From positions 3,224,001 through 3,288,000 of the forward strand of contig CATNEN010000029.1 in the NCBI GenBank assembly GCA_950097015.1: a DNA stretch of 64,000 bases, given 5' to 3'. Below the pieces are notes generated by a model. The model ran no database searches, was not told where the DNA came from, and saw nothing but the letters and a program-made list of their open reading frames with translations. Of this stretch, positions 36,401-48,800 are shown in pieces (within the stretch, counting starts at the first letter, position 1; each line of letters starts with the position of its first letter). The position numbers were made by a program, and so were the translations under genes. Source of the DNA: Macrostomum hystrix. Its lineage: Eukaryota; Animalia; Platyhelminthes.

Positions 36401-37430
36401 ACGGTTCTGCAGATGCAAACTGACCAAGAAAACGCAAGCCAAAGTGGTAGAGGCATGTATTGAGAGTGTGCTTCTCTTCCACGCAAACGTGCGCCCGTTC
36501 CACATTTCGGAGATGAAAGCGCTGCAAAGGAGCGTAGATAAGATATACCGCTACATATGGAGCGCAAAGGAAATGGAGCCCCTACGCGAGATGGAACAGC
36601 GCGGATACAACATGCAAGACATCAGGACCGAACTCAATGTAGGGACGATCAGAATGAAGATCGAAAAAGCCCATCTGATACGAATGGGACACGTCCTCAG
36701 GATGCCCGACGACCGACAGACCAAGAGGGCGGTCTTGGGTTGGTTCAAGGGCCTGGAACACCTACCGAAACCCAGAAGAAGGAAAAATTACACCATAAAT
36801 TTCTGGAGAAAACTCGCGAAGGAAGGGGGACTTAAACCGACAGAAGTCGAACGTCTCGCCAAAGACAGGAAAAAATGGAAGAGCTGGGTGGCCGAGAGGA
36901 TCCGACACATTGAGAAGTGGGATCACAGCCAAGGAAAACGGAGCACCGGCCCCCCACCGGAAAGCCGGTGTGCCCCGAGGAGAGAAGAGTCGAAGACCAG
37001 CGGATTCCAATGCGAGTATGAAGGCTGTGGCAGAATTTGTAAATCGAAGGCAGGACGCGCGATACATCAAAAAAGGATGCACACACGACCGGTATCCCCG
37101 GTAAGGTTCACGTGCCCAAGATGCGCGGAATCTTTCCTACAAGAAGCCACAAGCAAGAACCACATGAAAGTGTGCAGAGGAGAGAAAGAAACATCAGATG
37201 GTAAAATGGAATGTACTAGCTGCAACAGAGAAATATCGAAGTCGAACATGGCTCGCCACAGACGAGCCTGCAAGAACCCGATGGGACAAACGGCTGGGAC
37301 ACAGGCACAACCCGACAACGGAGTGGTGGCACGCAAGCACATCAGGAAGAGGAAGGACTGTGACAGGTGCGGCAGGAACCTAACGGCCACTAACATGGCC
37401 AGGCACCAGCGCACATGCACAGGAAATTGA
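33417..37430 (+). CDS. LINE ORF: APE endonuclease, reverse transcriptase, C-terminal zinc fingers
   Basis: STWNVR, GDFNAQIG, SDHAP (APE); KGDRRDPANYRGICLL, QCGFRQGRST, GLREGCPTSPVLF, LFADD (RT); MGHVLRM...LAKDRKKWK (RTE C-terminus). First element-internal Met at 33683. Confidence 0.95.
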   Translation: MRKSGGQMSAMSASSSGPAFTRREADGASALAKRTTTTEGRWKEGVGAGPPRITNPFWQRRQEVADPGVDKTKANQPWRRGGERRTEGAMCNDDERRAAGEIKWRLATIEKNPGPKTVQERKARQIRRKKRRERRRTRRKITRRNWAGQENFRISTWNVRRANIYDSRFGEIIKKTIMEGWQITMITELNARSEGIKTYHHGDKQVSLIHTKKVGILLDEDTAKLWNDSGRYVKFADRAIFVRIYDMSLISVYYPVQGSSTCHAELNNLCFEIEKYIHIEAKNKPLLIGGDFNAQIGRSPEANGQHRGKFGLPQTNKQGEDLINWVTENELTWLNSFCNAKRRGTWKNPSNHRWYELDGFITRSKDRTRLIKSIKLHQIGDLSDHAPRTVILKKLLLQPETEEERANRHKAKKKKRANIDWQVLHSQEKREQLQDVMTKRYTESTGKTWKETARIIVESAKEVCGTKTKQTNPWMIGHEEECQENNRELAEALHRRNAAKEVQPDNLRRQALELAKRTVQEVRKRHKANLRKWEEEWWDKLADECREAADLGKIGLVYQKLRILDHRGSTNNCQTDTIFSEKEFKEHMEKVSGTRFENDPQTMMELLKSIKVRKPINGDMTLTELTAPITDAEIDRTMMEMTDKAPGEDEIRINYLKYAPTDIRAATREHIRYLYHHPATEWEDEEKLGIVIPLFKKGDRRDPANYRGICLLPMLSRILARILAKRIRNWAEAQELFDDNQCGFRQGRSTADSAQIFVRLHEDIREYLAAKEGAMDQNMEHENIAILLDIQKAYPRICKPLLWEMLRRLKMPDAIIKKLQDLHEETAYKVQGRQATSEAWYPERGLREGCPTSPVLFNIYHQICIRRAEEMRREAAEAKNTPCGIAWAYPVGNALPPQRTNQFNSEMKLHHFQTSLFADDTTLIGNRDELREGLEITKRCMLDFEEKTNDAKEEIMRLGTEEGGNIRMLGSWTDRKRDMKERTQRATKSWQAIKKRFCRCKLTKKTQAKVVEACIESVLLFHANVRPFHISEMKALQRSVDKIYRYIWSAKEMEPLREMEQRGYNMQDIRTELNVGTIRMKIEKAHLIRMGHVLRMPDDRQTKRAVLGWFKGLEHLPKPRRRKNYTINFWRKLAKEGGLKPTEVERLAKDRKKWKSWVAERIRHIEKWDHSQGKRSTGPPPESRCAPRREESKTSGFQCEYEGCGRICKSKAGRAIHQKRMHTRPVSPVRFTCPRCAESFLQEATSKNHMKVCRGEKETSDGKMECTSCNREISKSNMARHRRACKNPMGQTAGTQAQPDNGVVARKHIRKRKDCDRCGRNLTATNMARHQRTCTGN

Positions 37431-37488
37431 CAGGTTCTCCAGGGCCCCATACCTCACGGTGACAAAGGGCGAAAGAAGAAGAAGAAGA
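33448..37488 (+). mobile_element. RTE-clade LINE, apparently intact
   Basis: 12-bp TSD AGATGTCAGCGA (33436-33447 and 37489-37500), (GAA)n tail, ~40-nt 3' UTR, single uninterrupted ORF. Confidence 0.93.
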
Positions 37489-37575
37489 AGATGTCAGCGA
37501 AATAGGCAGAATTGCCTCCTCGCTGGCTGCGGGTCTACAGTCACCAAATGATGTGTCATTGCCCGCAACCGTGCT

Positions 37576-37617
<42 letters not shown>
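37489..37617 (+). mobile_element. SINE family A, 3' half
   Basis: ggcagaattgcctcctcgctggctgcggg...caccaaatgatgtg...ttgcccgca followed by a (TTA)13 tail. Confidence 0.85.
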
Positions 37618-37619
<2 letters not shown>

Positions 37620-37641
37620 GATGCCTGCTATTTGCTTCTAG

Positions 37642-38574
37642 GAGCGACAGCGCGTTGAAGCCGACAGAGCCGCCGCATCAACCCAGCAAGAGAAGCCTCA
37701 GCAGCCGTTAATAACTCAAGGCTTAGGCGAGTTGGCCGATGCCGCCTTTGTCGACTCCATTGCGCCTCCGCCTCGGACTTCTGGGCCGCCTCCTCAGACT
37801 ATTCCCCTGCCGCAGCCAGTTCAGTCAGAATCAGCCGCTGTCCAATCAGAACCTTTAGATCATGCCACGGCCCTGTTCGCTCTCCTGCAAATAGTTGAAG
37901 CTCGCGGCGTCTCATATTCAGGCGTAGTTTCTAATAACAATCATAGCAGCGCCGCCTCTCAGCAGCTTCACCTCACTGGCGCTTCATCTGGCGGCCGTTC
38001 GTCGGCGCGCGATCATTGTTCAAGAAATCTGTACTGCGCCGTGAGACTATTCTGGCAGTCGGATCGATTCCACACAGAAGTGGCCTGGGGCAGTTGCGAT
38101 CCGAAGTTTCGCTTCTCCCAAATCTCTCCCGTACTTTACAACGCGGCGCTGTTGGAACGCTTGCGGCAGAACTACGCCATTGTTGAAGTATGGGATAAGA
38201 AGACCAGTCACCAGAGGGACAGCCTAGTTGGCACAGTCAAACTGCCCCTTCATCAATTCTATTTGGCTTACAAAGATCCTGCTGTGGCGGCTGCTATGCT
38301 TCGCTCGCAGTATCCGGTTGTTGGAGCCGACGGTTGGCTGCCAATCCGGGATCCGTTTCACGAGGTCCAGCCCGGCGCCGACTTCGGCCAGCTGCGTGTC
38401 CTATTAGCAATGGGCAGCGGCGCCCAGATTGCTCATCTGCAGCGCCTGCGCTCGGACAGCGGCGGTGCCGTTGAAGGTGTTCTGCCCTATCACGTGCCGT
38501 TTGTTGACTCGATGGCGGCTGGCACAGCCTCTGCTGGTCAGTCGGCTGGTCAGTCTCGCGAATTAGAGGAGATG
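37642..38574 (+). CDS. C2CD3: C2CD3 exon (C2 domain)
   Basis: NYAIVEVWDKK...LVGTVKLPLHQFYLAYKD...QYPVVGADGWLPIRD...LRVLLAMGSGAQIAHLQRL closely parallels vertebrate C2CD3; AG/GT sites in phase 0. Confidence 0.9.
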
Positions 38575-38639
38575 GTAAGTTGAGCTTGTAACTTTTCATT
38601 TTATCAAGGTTTGGTCTTAAGGTAGGGGGTTAGATTCTC

Positions 38640-38760
38640 CACTCCACTGGAACAGTTGTGTCCCCTCCAGTCCATGGACATGAGCAATAGCTGCGGCTGT
38701 GCTATCGGCTGGACACAATTACTCGAGTAATTGGGGCAGGTGTAATCAATGATTATTATT
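38640..38760 (+). mobile_element. SINE family B 3' fragment
   Basis: ccagtccatggac...gcaatagctgcggctgtgctatcggctg and TTA tail. Confidence 0.55.
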
Positions 38761-38839
38761 TCATGACCAAATCTAGATTGACCTTGTAAGCCACATTTTG
38801 AGACAGGAATTTTCACCTGACCTCTCATCCCGAGCTTAG

Positions 38840-39585
38840 ATTGAGCACTGCTTCGAAGTATGCATCGACAGTCTAGAAGACCTCCGCCTGCCGCCAGACT
38901 GCAACTACGGCGAGGTCGACTGCTTCCTACAGTACTATTTCCCGGCCTTGGACCCGGCCGCCAGGCCCGGCTCCAGCCCCCTGCTCTGCCTCAAGCCCTA
39001 CCGGTCTTCAACAACCATAGCCATACCGCATCCGTCGTTTCACGACCTCACAAGGCACCGGCTTCAGCTGCCGGCCGATGCGCCGTTTCAACGCGAGCTG
39101 GTAGCTCTGGCCGGCGGGCAGGGCGGCCTGACTTGCGAACTGTGGCTTAGAGCCTATAGTCCGAACCTGCGCGACCAGTGCATTGCCAGAGCTCTCCTGC
39201 CTCTAGGCAGGCTGTGCGCCCTAGTTGCTATGAGCGGCACCGGTTCGTCTGGTAATTCGTCCGCTTCAACCGCCGGTTCTACTCAACGCCTGGCGCTGCC
39301 GCTAAATGGCATCGACGAATCTAGCTCTAGCGGCGCGACAGCCTATCTGAGCATTGCCTATCGTTCGACCGGCGTTCGCCTTAGCCGATCTTCGGCCGAC
39401 TCTTCAGCCGGCAGCGGGGTGGATTCTTATCCGCGTGGCCAGACTGCCGTTATGAGCGTCTCGCTGCTGCGCGCTGTCGGCTTGGAGGCAGCCGCTCGGG
39501 CCTGCCAAAAAGCGGAAGCCCCTGCCGGAGCTATGGCGGCCAGCCTGGGACACGCGGTAGCCGGCGGAGTGAATGCGTTCGCCAG
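38840..39585 (+). CDS. C2CD3: C2CD3 exon
   Basis: IEHCFEVCIDSL...GEVDCFLQYYFP...ELWLRAYSPNLRDQCIARALLPLGRL; donor AG|GTTTGT phase 2. Confidence 0.85.
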
Positions 39586-39744
39586 GTTTGTTTTAAGCAT
39601 TTTTTACTTATCGTTTTCTGGCTATCTTCAGTTTTTCTCAATAGCTCGTACACAACTGCTCAAGTCTTAAAATGTTCTGTCATTTTAATTTCCATTCCAT
39701 GATCTTTATAGTTCCCATGACCTTTATTTTTCATTGACCTTTAA

Positions 39745-40130
39745 AGTTCCATGACCTCCTTAGTTCCATGACCTCCTTAGTTCCATGACCTCCGTAGTTC
39801 CATGACCTCCGTAGTTCCATGACCTCCTTAGCTCCATGACCTCCTTAGTTCCATGACCTTCTTAGTTCCATGACCTCCTTAGCTCCATGACCTCCTTAGC
39901 TCCATGACCTCCTTAGTTCCATGACCTCCTTAGTTCCATGACATCCTTAGTTCCATGACCTCCTTAGTTCCATAATCTCCTTAGTTCCATGACCTCCTTA
40001 GTTCCATGACCTCCTAAGTTCCATGACCTAAGTTCGATGACCTCCTTTGTTCTATTACCTTTATAGTTTCTTGACCTCCTTAGTTCCACGACCTCCTTAG
40101 TTTCATGACCTTTATAGTTCCATGACCTTT
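39745..40130. repeat. 17-bp intronic minisatellite (ttccatgacctccttag)
   Basis: ~20 copies. Confidence 0.9.
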
Positions 40131-40235
40131 ATTGTTCCTTTATATAAAACATTACATTTTGTCTAGATTGTAAATTCAGATCTCCAGAGACCATTTTGTT
40201 ATAGACTTGCTGCTTAACTAAATAACCTTCACCAG

Positions 40236-40848
40236 ATACTGGCTGAGCTTCGATCCCAGCGGCCAGCGGCTGACCCGCTGCGTCGCTCGCAGCCACTGTC
40301 CAGACTTTCAGCAGCACTCGGACTACGCTATGCCGCTGCATTGGCCTGGCGGCATCTCCCTAGCCGAACTAATTGAAGAGGGTGGCCTTGAGATTGAATT
40401 ATGGCATCAGGTGCCTACGCCTGCGCGACACCTCATCAGCTCCGGCCCGGAGCCTCTGGTGACGGCGCCCGGTCAGCCGTTGATTGCAGCGGCTTCCGCT
40501 GGCGCATCGCCTGAGATTCTACTTGGCCGACTGCGCCTGCCGCTTGGCCCCCTGCTGACTAGCAAGTCGGGCCTTCGTGGCTGGCATCCGCTGCTAACGC
40601 CGGATAAGACGCCAACTTCCGCTGTTATTGCCAATGGCGAAATCGACCCAGAGCAGGATACAATGTCGATGCCGTCGGCTAGATTTATCGGCTCCGTCGA
40701 ATTAGAGATTCGTTTTGCTTCGGCCGAAGATCGGGCTAGAGTGCTGGAGAGCGGACGCGAACTGGGCTTCGCGCCGCACGACTTGGAGGATCTGGAAGAA
40801 CAATGGGAGTCGGTTGAAGCGCCGGAGTTTCGCAGGGTCTGCATTCAG
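40236..40848 (+). CDS. C2CD3: C2CD3 exon
   Basis: TRCVARSHCPDF...LEIELWHQ...LLGRLRLPLGPLLTSKSGLRGWHPL; phase continuity on both sides. Confidence 0.85.
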
Positions 40849-41014
40849 GTATGTGGCCTTTTCGGTGAAAAAACCCTACATCTTTTGTTGATTTTCCTAA
40901 AGCAAAAAATAACTATAGGGGTTTAAGGCGCGAGGGTTAGTGTTATAGCATGCATGAGACAGAATATCAGCTATCATACACATGCACAATCATTGGTCAT
41001 CATTATCATTAGGG

Positions 41015-41462
41015 TTTCATAGACACACATGAGGTGGGTAATGGGATTTCATAGACACACGTGAGGTGGTTAATGAGATTTTATAGATACACATGAGGTG
41101 GGTAATGAGTTATCATATGCATACGTGGGATGGTTAATGAGTTATCATAAGCACCCATGAGATGGTTAATGAGTTATCATAAGCACCCATGGGATGGTTA
41201 ATGAGGTATCATATGCACCCATGGGATGGTTAATGAGGTATCATATGCACCCATGGGATGGTTAATGAGGTATCATATGCACCCATGGGATGGTTAATGA
41301 GTTATCATTATGGGTTATCATTATCATTAGGGTATTTCATAGACACACATGAGGTCGGTAATGAGCTTTCATAGACACACATGAGGTGGGTAATGAGCTT
41401 TCATAGACACACATGAGGTGGGTAGTGAGCTTTCATAGACACACATGAAGAGGGTAATGAGC
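41015..41462. repeat. ~31-33 bp degenerate intronic minisatellite (catagacacacatgaggtgggtaatgagcttt)
   Basis: Two interleaved unit variants visible. Confidence 0.8.
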
Positions 41463-41497
41463 AATCACCAAATATTAATATTCTACCATATCCTCAG

Positions 41498-42274
41498 ATA
41501 CTAGACGCCGAGTTTCCATTGCGCCTTGCCCTCCGAGCCGGTCAGGACAGGCTACCAATCACCAGCCGGCTGTACTGCCGCTATCGCCTGTACACCCGTC
41601 GGTCTGTACAATCGCCGAAGTACTCCGTACCGGCGCACGATGAGGACGGTCAGATCAGTGTCAGCTTTAATTACAAGCGAGTGTTCGCATTTCGCACCTC
41701 GCTAGCACTGCTGCAGTATCTTAGAGAAGAGCGACTGGAAATTCAGCTCTGGATTAGCTATCATTCTGGCGGCGCCGACGGCGAGGGTGACGCCGACGCT
41801 GATAGTCGAACATCGACGCGCGATCTATTAATTGGCACCTGTTGGGTGGCGCTACGCGATCTAGTCGCGCGTCGACGTTCGCCGGCTCGTCTAGGCGGCC
41901 GATTCGCCTTGGTGAAGCCCGGCGTTGGCAGCCTCGGCGGCGCCTGTCTGCGGTTGAAGGCCACTCTGACAGACTCGGACGAGCCACCATCGGAACCGGA
42001 AGATTCCGTCGAAGATGAAGATTTGGCAGTTGCGGCTGCGTCCGCTAATGCCGTCGCTGAAGACGACGACGGCGAGGAGGACGATGATCGGACGCCGAGA
42101 AGTCGGTCCGGTGTTCGGCGACGAGGCCAAGCTTCGGCTTCAACCCGACGTCAGCGGCTGGCGCAGCAGCACACTGTGCCGCTCAGAGTGGCCATTGAAG
42201 AGGCCAAGCGATTGTGCCCCGTGCCAGACGCTGCCACGGGAGAAGAACGACTGCCGCCGAGTGCCTACGTCACT
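41498..42274 (+). CDS. C2CD3: C2CD3 exon
   Basis: LYCRYRLY...LLQYLREERLEIQLWISY...DLLIGTCWVALRDL; donor ACT|GTAAGT. Confidence 0.85.
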
Positions 42275-42605
42275 GTAAGTCGCTATGGTCTGTCTAAAGC
42301 GTTTTAGAACCTTTTGAATGGTTAGTTAAGCTTTCGAGTCATTAATTAAGCTCTGGAGTCGTAACTTAATGTTGTGAGTCCTTAGGGAAGCTTTTGAGTC
42401 GTTTAGAGAAGTGTTTAAATCGTTAGCGAAGCGTTTGAGTTATTGCATTATTTTTTGAGTCATTAGAAAATTCTTTTAAAAACTCTTATCTTAAGTCGCT
42501 CTAGAACTCTAGAAACCGTTAAAAGCTAAGATTTTTTACGAGTATATAATTTTATGAGACAAGTAAAAGCTTTGGGAGACTCTACACAAAAGCTTGATTT
42601 TACAG

Positions 42606-42749
42606 GTGCAACCGGCCGACCGGTCTAAGCCACTAGCCACTGATGTGAAGCCAGCTACTAACAGTCCATTGTGGAACTATGTTGCAGAGGCGCGCTTCGA
42701 TAAGACATTGTTCACTTATCCAGATAAGGGCTGCCTGCTGACATTCAAG
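42606..42749 (+). CDS. C2CD3: C2CD3 exon
   Basis: TDVKPATNSPLWNY...LLTFK joins VWH of the next exon (C2 FKVWH motif) across an 8.1-kb intron. Confidence 0.82.
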
Positions 42750-42809
42750 GTATGTAATATGAGCTTCTGTCCAGTAAATCAATAATGCTGTCAAAAGCAC
42801 TAATCCCAT

Positions 42810-45800
42810 CCCATACTGAACTAATGATGGATTAGTAGCCATAGCACTGAACTACTGATGGATTAGTAGCCATAGCACTGAACTACTGATGGATTAGTAG
42901 CCATCGCACTGAACTACTGATGGATTAGTAGCCATAGCACTGAACTACTGATGGATTAGTAGCCATAGCACTGAACTACTGATGGATTAGTAGCCATAGC
43001 ACTGAACTACTGATGGATTAGTAGCCATCGCACTGAACTACTAATGGATTAGTAGCCATCGCACTGAACTACTGATGGCTTAGTAGCCATAGCACTGAAC
43101 TACTGATGGCTTAGTAGCCATAGCACTGAACTACTAATGGATTAGTAGCCATCGCACTGAACTACTGATGGCTTAGTAGCCATCGCACTGAAGTACTGAT
43201 GGATTAGTAGCCATAGCACTGAAGTACTGATGGATTAGTAGCCATCGCACTGAACTACTGATGGCTTAGTAGCCATCGCACTGAAGTACTGATGGATTAG
43301 TAGCCATAGCACTGAAGTACTGATGGATTAGTAGTCATAGCACTGAAGTACTGATGGATTAGTAGCCATAGCACTGAAGTACTGATGGATTAGTAGCCAT
43401 AGCACTGAACTACTGATGGATTAGTAGCCATCGCACTGAAGTACTGATGGATTAGTAGTCATAGCACTGAAGTACTGATGGATTAGTAGGCATAGCACTG
43501 AACTACTGATGGCTTAGTAGCCATCGCACTGAAGTACTGATGGATTAGTAGCCATAGCACTGAAGTACTGATGGATTAGTAGCAATCGCACTGAAGTACT
43601 GATGGATTAGTAGCCATCGCACTGAAGTACTGATGGATTAGTAGCCATAGCACTGAAGTACTGATGGATTAGTAGCCATCGCACTGAAGTACTGATGGAT
43701 TAGTAGCCATCGCACTGAAGTACTGATGGATTAGTAGCCATAGCACTGAACTACTGATGGATTAGTAGCCATAGCACTGAAGTACTAATGGATTAGTAGC
43801 CATAGCACTGAAGTACTGATGGATTAGTAGCCATAGCACTGAAGTACTGATGGATTAGTAGCCATAGCACTGAACTACTGATGGATTAGTAGTCATAGCA
43901 CTGAAGTACGGATGGATTAGTAGCCATAGCACTGAACTACTGATGGATTAGTAGCCATAGCACTGAACTACTGATGGATTAGTAGCCATAGCACTGAACT
44001 ACTGATGGATTAGTAGGCATAGCACTGAACTACTGATGGATTAGTAGGCATAGCACTGAACTACTGATGGATTAGTAGGCATAGCACTGAACTACTGATG
44101 GATTAGTAGGCATAGCACTGAACTACTGATGGATTAGTAGGCATAGCACTGAAGTACTAATGGATTAGTAGCCATTGCACTGAAGTACTAATGGATTAGT
44201 AGCCATAGCACTGAAGTACTGATGGATTAGTAGCCATAGCACTGAAGTACGGATGGATTAGTAGCCATAGCACTGAACTACTGATGGATTAGTAGCCATA
44301 GCACTGAACTACTGATGGATTAGTAGCCATAGCACTGAACTACTGAAGGATTAGTAGCCATAGCACTGAACTAATGATGGATTAGTAGCCATAGCACTGA
44401 ACTAATGATGGATTAGTAGCCATAGCACTGAACTAATGATGACTACTGATGGATTAGTAGCCATAGCACTGAAGTACGGATGGATTAGTAGCCATAGCAC
44501 TGAACTACTGAAGGATTAGTAGCCATAGCACTGAACTAATGATGGATTAGTAGCCATAGCACTGAACTAATGATGACTACTGATGGATTAGTAGCCATCG
44601 CACTGAAGTACTGATGGATTAGTAGCCATAGCACTGAAGTACTGATGGATTAGTAGCCATCGCACTGAACTACTGATGGCTTAGTAGCCATCGCACTGAA
44701 GTACTGATGGATTAGTAGCCATAGCACTGAAGTACTGATGGATTAGTAGTCATAGCACTGAAGTACTGATGGATTAGTAGCCATAGCACTGAAGTACTGA
44801 TGGATTAGTAGCCATAGCACTGAAGTACTGATGGATTAGTAGCCATCGCACTGAAGTACTGATGGATTAGTAGTCATAGCACTGAAGTACTGATGGATTA
44901 GTAGGCATAGCACTGAACTACTGATGGCTTAGTAGCCATCGCACTGAAGTACTGATGGATTAGTAGCCATAGCACTGAAGTACTGATGGATTAGTAGCCA
45001 TCGCACTGAAGTACTGATGGCTTAGTAGCCATCGCACTGAAGTACTGATGGATTAGTAGCCATAGCACTGAAGTACTGATGGATTAGTAGCCATCGCACT
45101 GAAGTACTGATGGATTAGTAGCCATCGCACTGAAGTACTGATGGATTAGTAGCCATAGCACTGAACTACTGATGGATTAGTAGCCATAGCACTGAAGTAC
45201 TAATGGATTAGTAGCCATAGCACTGAAGTACTGATGGATTAGTAGCCATAGCACTGAAGTACTGATGGATTAGTAGCCATAGCACTGAACTACTGATGGA
45301 TTAGTAGTCATAGCACTGAAGTACGGATGGATTAGTAGCCATAGCACTGAACTACTGATGGATTAGTAGCCATAGCACTGAACTACTGATGGATTAGTAG
45401 CCATAGCACTGAACTACTGATGGATTAGTAGGCATAGCACTGAACTACTGATGGATTAGTAGGCATAGCACTGAACTACTGATGGATTAGTAGGCATAGC
45501 ACTGAACTACTGATGGATTAGTAGGCATAGCACTGAACTACTGATGGATTAGTAGCCATAGCACTGAAGTACTAATGGATTAGTAGCCATTGCACTGAAG
45601 TACTAATGGATTAGTAGCCATAGCACTGAAGTACTGATGGATTAGTAGCCATAGCACTGAAGTACGGATGGATTAGTAGCCATAGCACTGAACTACTGAT
45701 GGATTAGTAGCCATAGCACTGAACTACTGATGGATTAGTAGCCATAGCACTGAACTACTGAAGGATTAGTAGCCATAGCACTGAACTAATGATGGATTAG

Positions 45801-48800
45801 TAGCCATAGCACTGAACTAATGATGGATTAGTAGCCATAGCACTGAACTAATGATGACTACTGATGGATTAGTAGCCATAGCACTGAAGTACTGATGGAT
45901 TAGTAGTCATAGCACTGAAGTACGGATGGATTAGTAGCCATAGCACTAAACTACTGAAGGATTAGTAGCCATAGCACTGAACTAATGATGGATTAGTAGC
46001 CATAGCACTGAACTAATGATGACTACTGATGGATTAGTAGCCATCGCACTGAAGTACTGATGGATTAGTAGCCATAGCACTGAAGTACTGATGGATTAGT
46101 AGCCATCGCACTGAACTACTGATGGCTTAGTAGCCATCGCACTGAAGTACTGATGGATTAGTAGCCATAGCACTGAAGTACTGATGGATTAGTAGTCATA
46201 GCACTGAAGTACTGATGGATTAGTAGCCATAGCACTGAAGTACTGATGGATTAGTAGCCATAGCACTGAAGTACTGATGGATTAGTAGCCATCGCACTGA
46301 AGTACTGATGGATTAGTAGTCATAGCACTGAAGTACTGATGGATTAGTAGGCATAGCACTGAACTACTGATGGCTTAGTAGCCATCGCACTGAAGTACTG
46401 ATGGATTAGTAGCCATAGCACTGAAGTACTGATGGATAGTAGCCATCGCACTGAAGTACTGATGGCTTAGTAGCCATCGCACTGAAGTACTGATGGATTA
46501 GTAGCCATAGCACTGAAGTACTGATGGATTAGTAGCCATCGCACTGAAGTACTGATGGATTAGTAGGCATAGCACTGAAGCTACTGATGGATTAGTAGCA
46601 TAGCACTGAACTACTGATGGATTAGTAGCATAGCACTGAACTACTGATGGATTAGTAGCCATAGCACTGAAGTACTAATGGATTAGTAGCCATTGCACTG
46701 AAGTACTGATGGATTAGTAGCCATAGCACTGAAGTACTGATGGATTAGTAGCCATCGCACTGAAGTACGGATGGATTAGTAGCCATAGCACTGAACTACT
46801 GATGGATTAGTAGCCATAGCACTGAACTACTGAAGGATTAGTAGCCATAGCACTGAACTACTGAAGGATTAGTAGCCATAGCACTGAACTAATGATGGAT
46901 TAGTAGCCATAGCACTGAACTAATGATGACTACTGATGGATTAGTAGCCATAGCACTGAAGTACTGATGGATTAGTAGTCATAGCACTGAAGTACGGATG
47001 GATTAGTAGCCATAGCACTGAACTACTGAAGGATTAGTAGCCATAGCACTGAACTAATGATGGATTAGTAGCCATAGCACTGAACTAATGATGACTACTG
47101 ATGGATTAGTAGCCATAGCACTGAAGTACTGATGGATTAGTAGCCATAGCACTGAAGTACTGATGGATTAGTAGCCATAGCACTGAAGTACTAATGGATT
47201 AGTAGCCATAGCACTGAAGTACTGATGGATTAGTAGCCATAGCACTGAAGTACTGATGGATTAGTAGCCATAGCACTGAACTACTGATGGATTAGTAGTC
47301 CATAGCACTGAAGTACGGATGGATTAGTAGCCATAGCACTGAACTACTGATGGATTAGTAGCCATAGCACTGAAGTACTAATGGATTAGTAGCCATAGCA
47401 CTGAAGTACTGATGGATTAGTAGCCATAGCACTGAAGTACTGATGGATTAGTAGCCATAGCACTGAACTACTGATGGATTAGTAGTCATAGCACTGAAGT
47501 ACTAATGGATTAGTAGCCATAGCACTGAAGTACTGATGGATTAGTAGCCATAGCACTGAAGTACGGATGGATTAGTAGCCATAGCACTGAACTACTGATG
47601 GATTAGTAGCCATAGCACTGAACTACTGATGGATTAGTAGCCATAGCACTGAACTACTGAAGGATTAGTAGCCATAGCACTGAACTAATGATGGATTAGT
47701 AGCCATAGCACTGAACTAATGATGGATTAGTAGCCATAGCACTGAACTAATGATGACTACTGATGGATTAGTAGCCATAGCACTGAAGTACTGATGGATT
47801 AGTAGTCATAGCACTGAAGTACGGATGGATTAGCCTAAGATTAGCCATAGCACTGAACTAATGATGGATTAGTAGCCATAGCACTGAACTAATGATGACT
47901 ACTGATGGATTAGTAGCCATCGCACTGAAGTACTGATGGATTAGTAGCCATAGCACTGAAGTACTGATGGATTAGTAGCCATCGCACTGAACTACTGATG
48001 GCTTAGTAGCCATCGCACTGAAGTACTGATGGATTAGTAGCCATAGCACTGAAGTACTGATGGATTAGTAGTCATAGCACTGAAGTACTGATGGATTAGT
48101 AGCCATAGCACTGAAGTACTGATGGATTAGTAGCCATAGCACTGAAGTACTGATGGATTAGTAGCCATCGCACTGAAGTACTGATGGATTAGTAGTCATA
48201 GCACTGAAGTACTGATGGATTAGTAGGCATAGCACTGAACTACTGATGGCTTAGTAGCCATCGCACTGAAGTACTGATGGATTAGTAGCCATAGCACTGA
48301 AGTACTGATGGATTAGTAGCCATCGCACTGAAGTACTGATGGCTTAGTAGCCATCGCACTGAAGTACTGATGGATTAGTAGCCATAGCACTGAAGTACTG
48401 ATGGATTAGTAGCCATCGCACTGAAGTACTGATGGATTAGTAGCCATCGCACTGAAGTACTGATGGATTAGTAGCCATAGCACTGAACTACTGATGGATT
48501 AGTAGCCATAGCACTGAAGGTACTAATGGATTAGTAGCCATAGCACTGAAGTACTGATGGATTAGTAGCCATAGCACTGAAGTACTGATGGATTAGTAGC
48601 CATAGCACTGAACTACTGATGGATTAGTAGTCATAGCACTGAAGTACGGATGGATTAGTAGCCATAGCACTGAACTACTGATGGATTAGTAGCCATAGCA
48701 CTGAACTACTGATGGATTAGTAGCCATAGCACTGAACTACTGATGGATTAGTAGGCATAGCACTGAACTACTGAAGAATTAGTAGCCATAGCACTGAACT

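Noticed and set aside
33287-37450. Antisense and alternate-frame ORFs over the LINE and over GC-rich exons
   Set aside because: Shadow ORFs expected from codon bias; no motifs.
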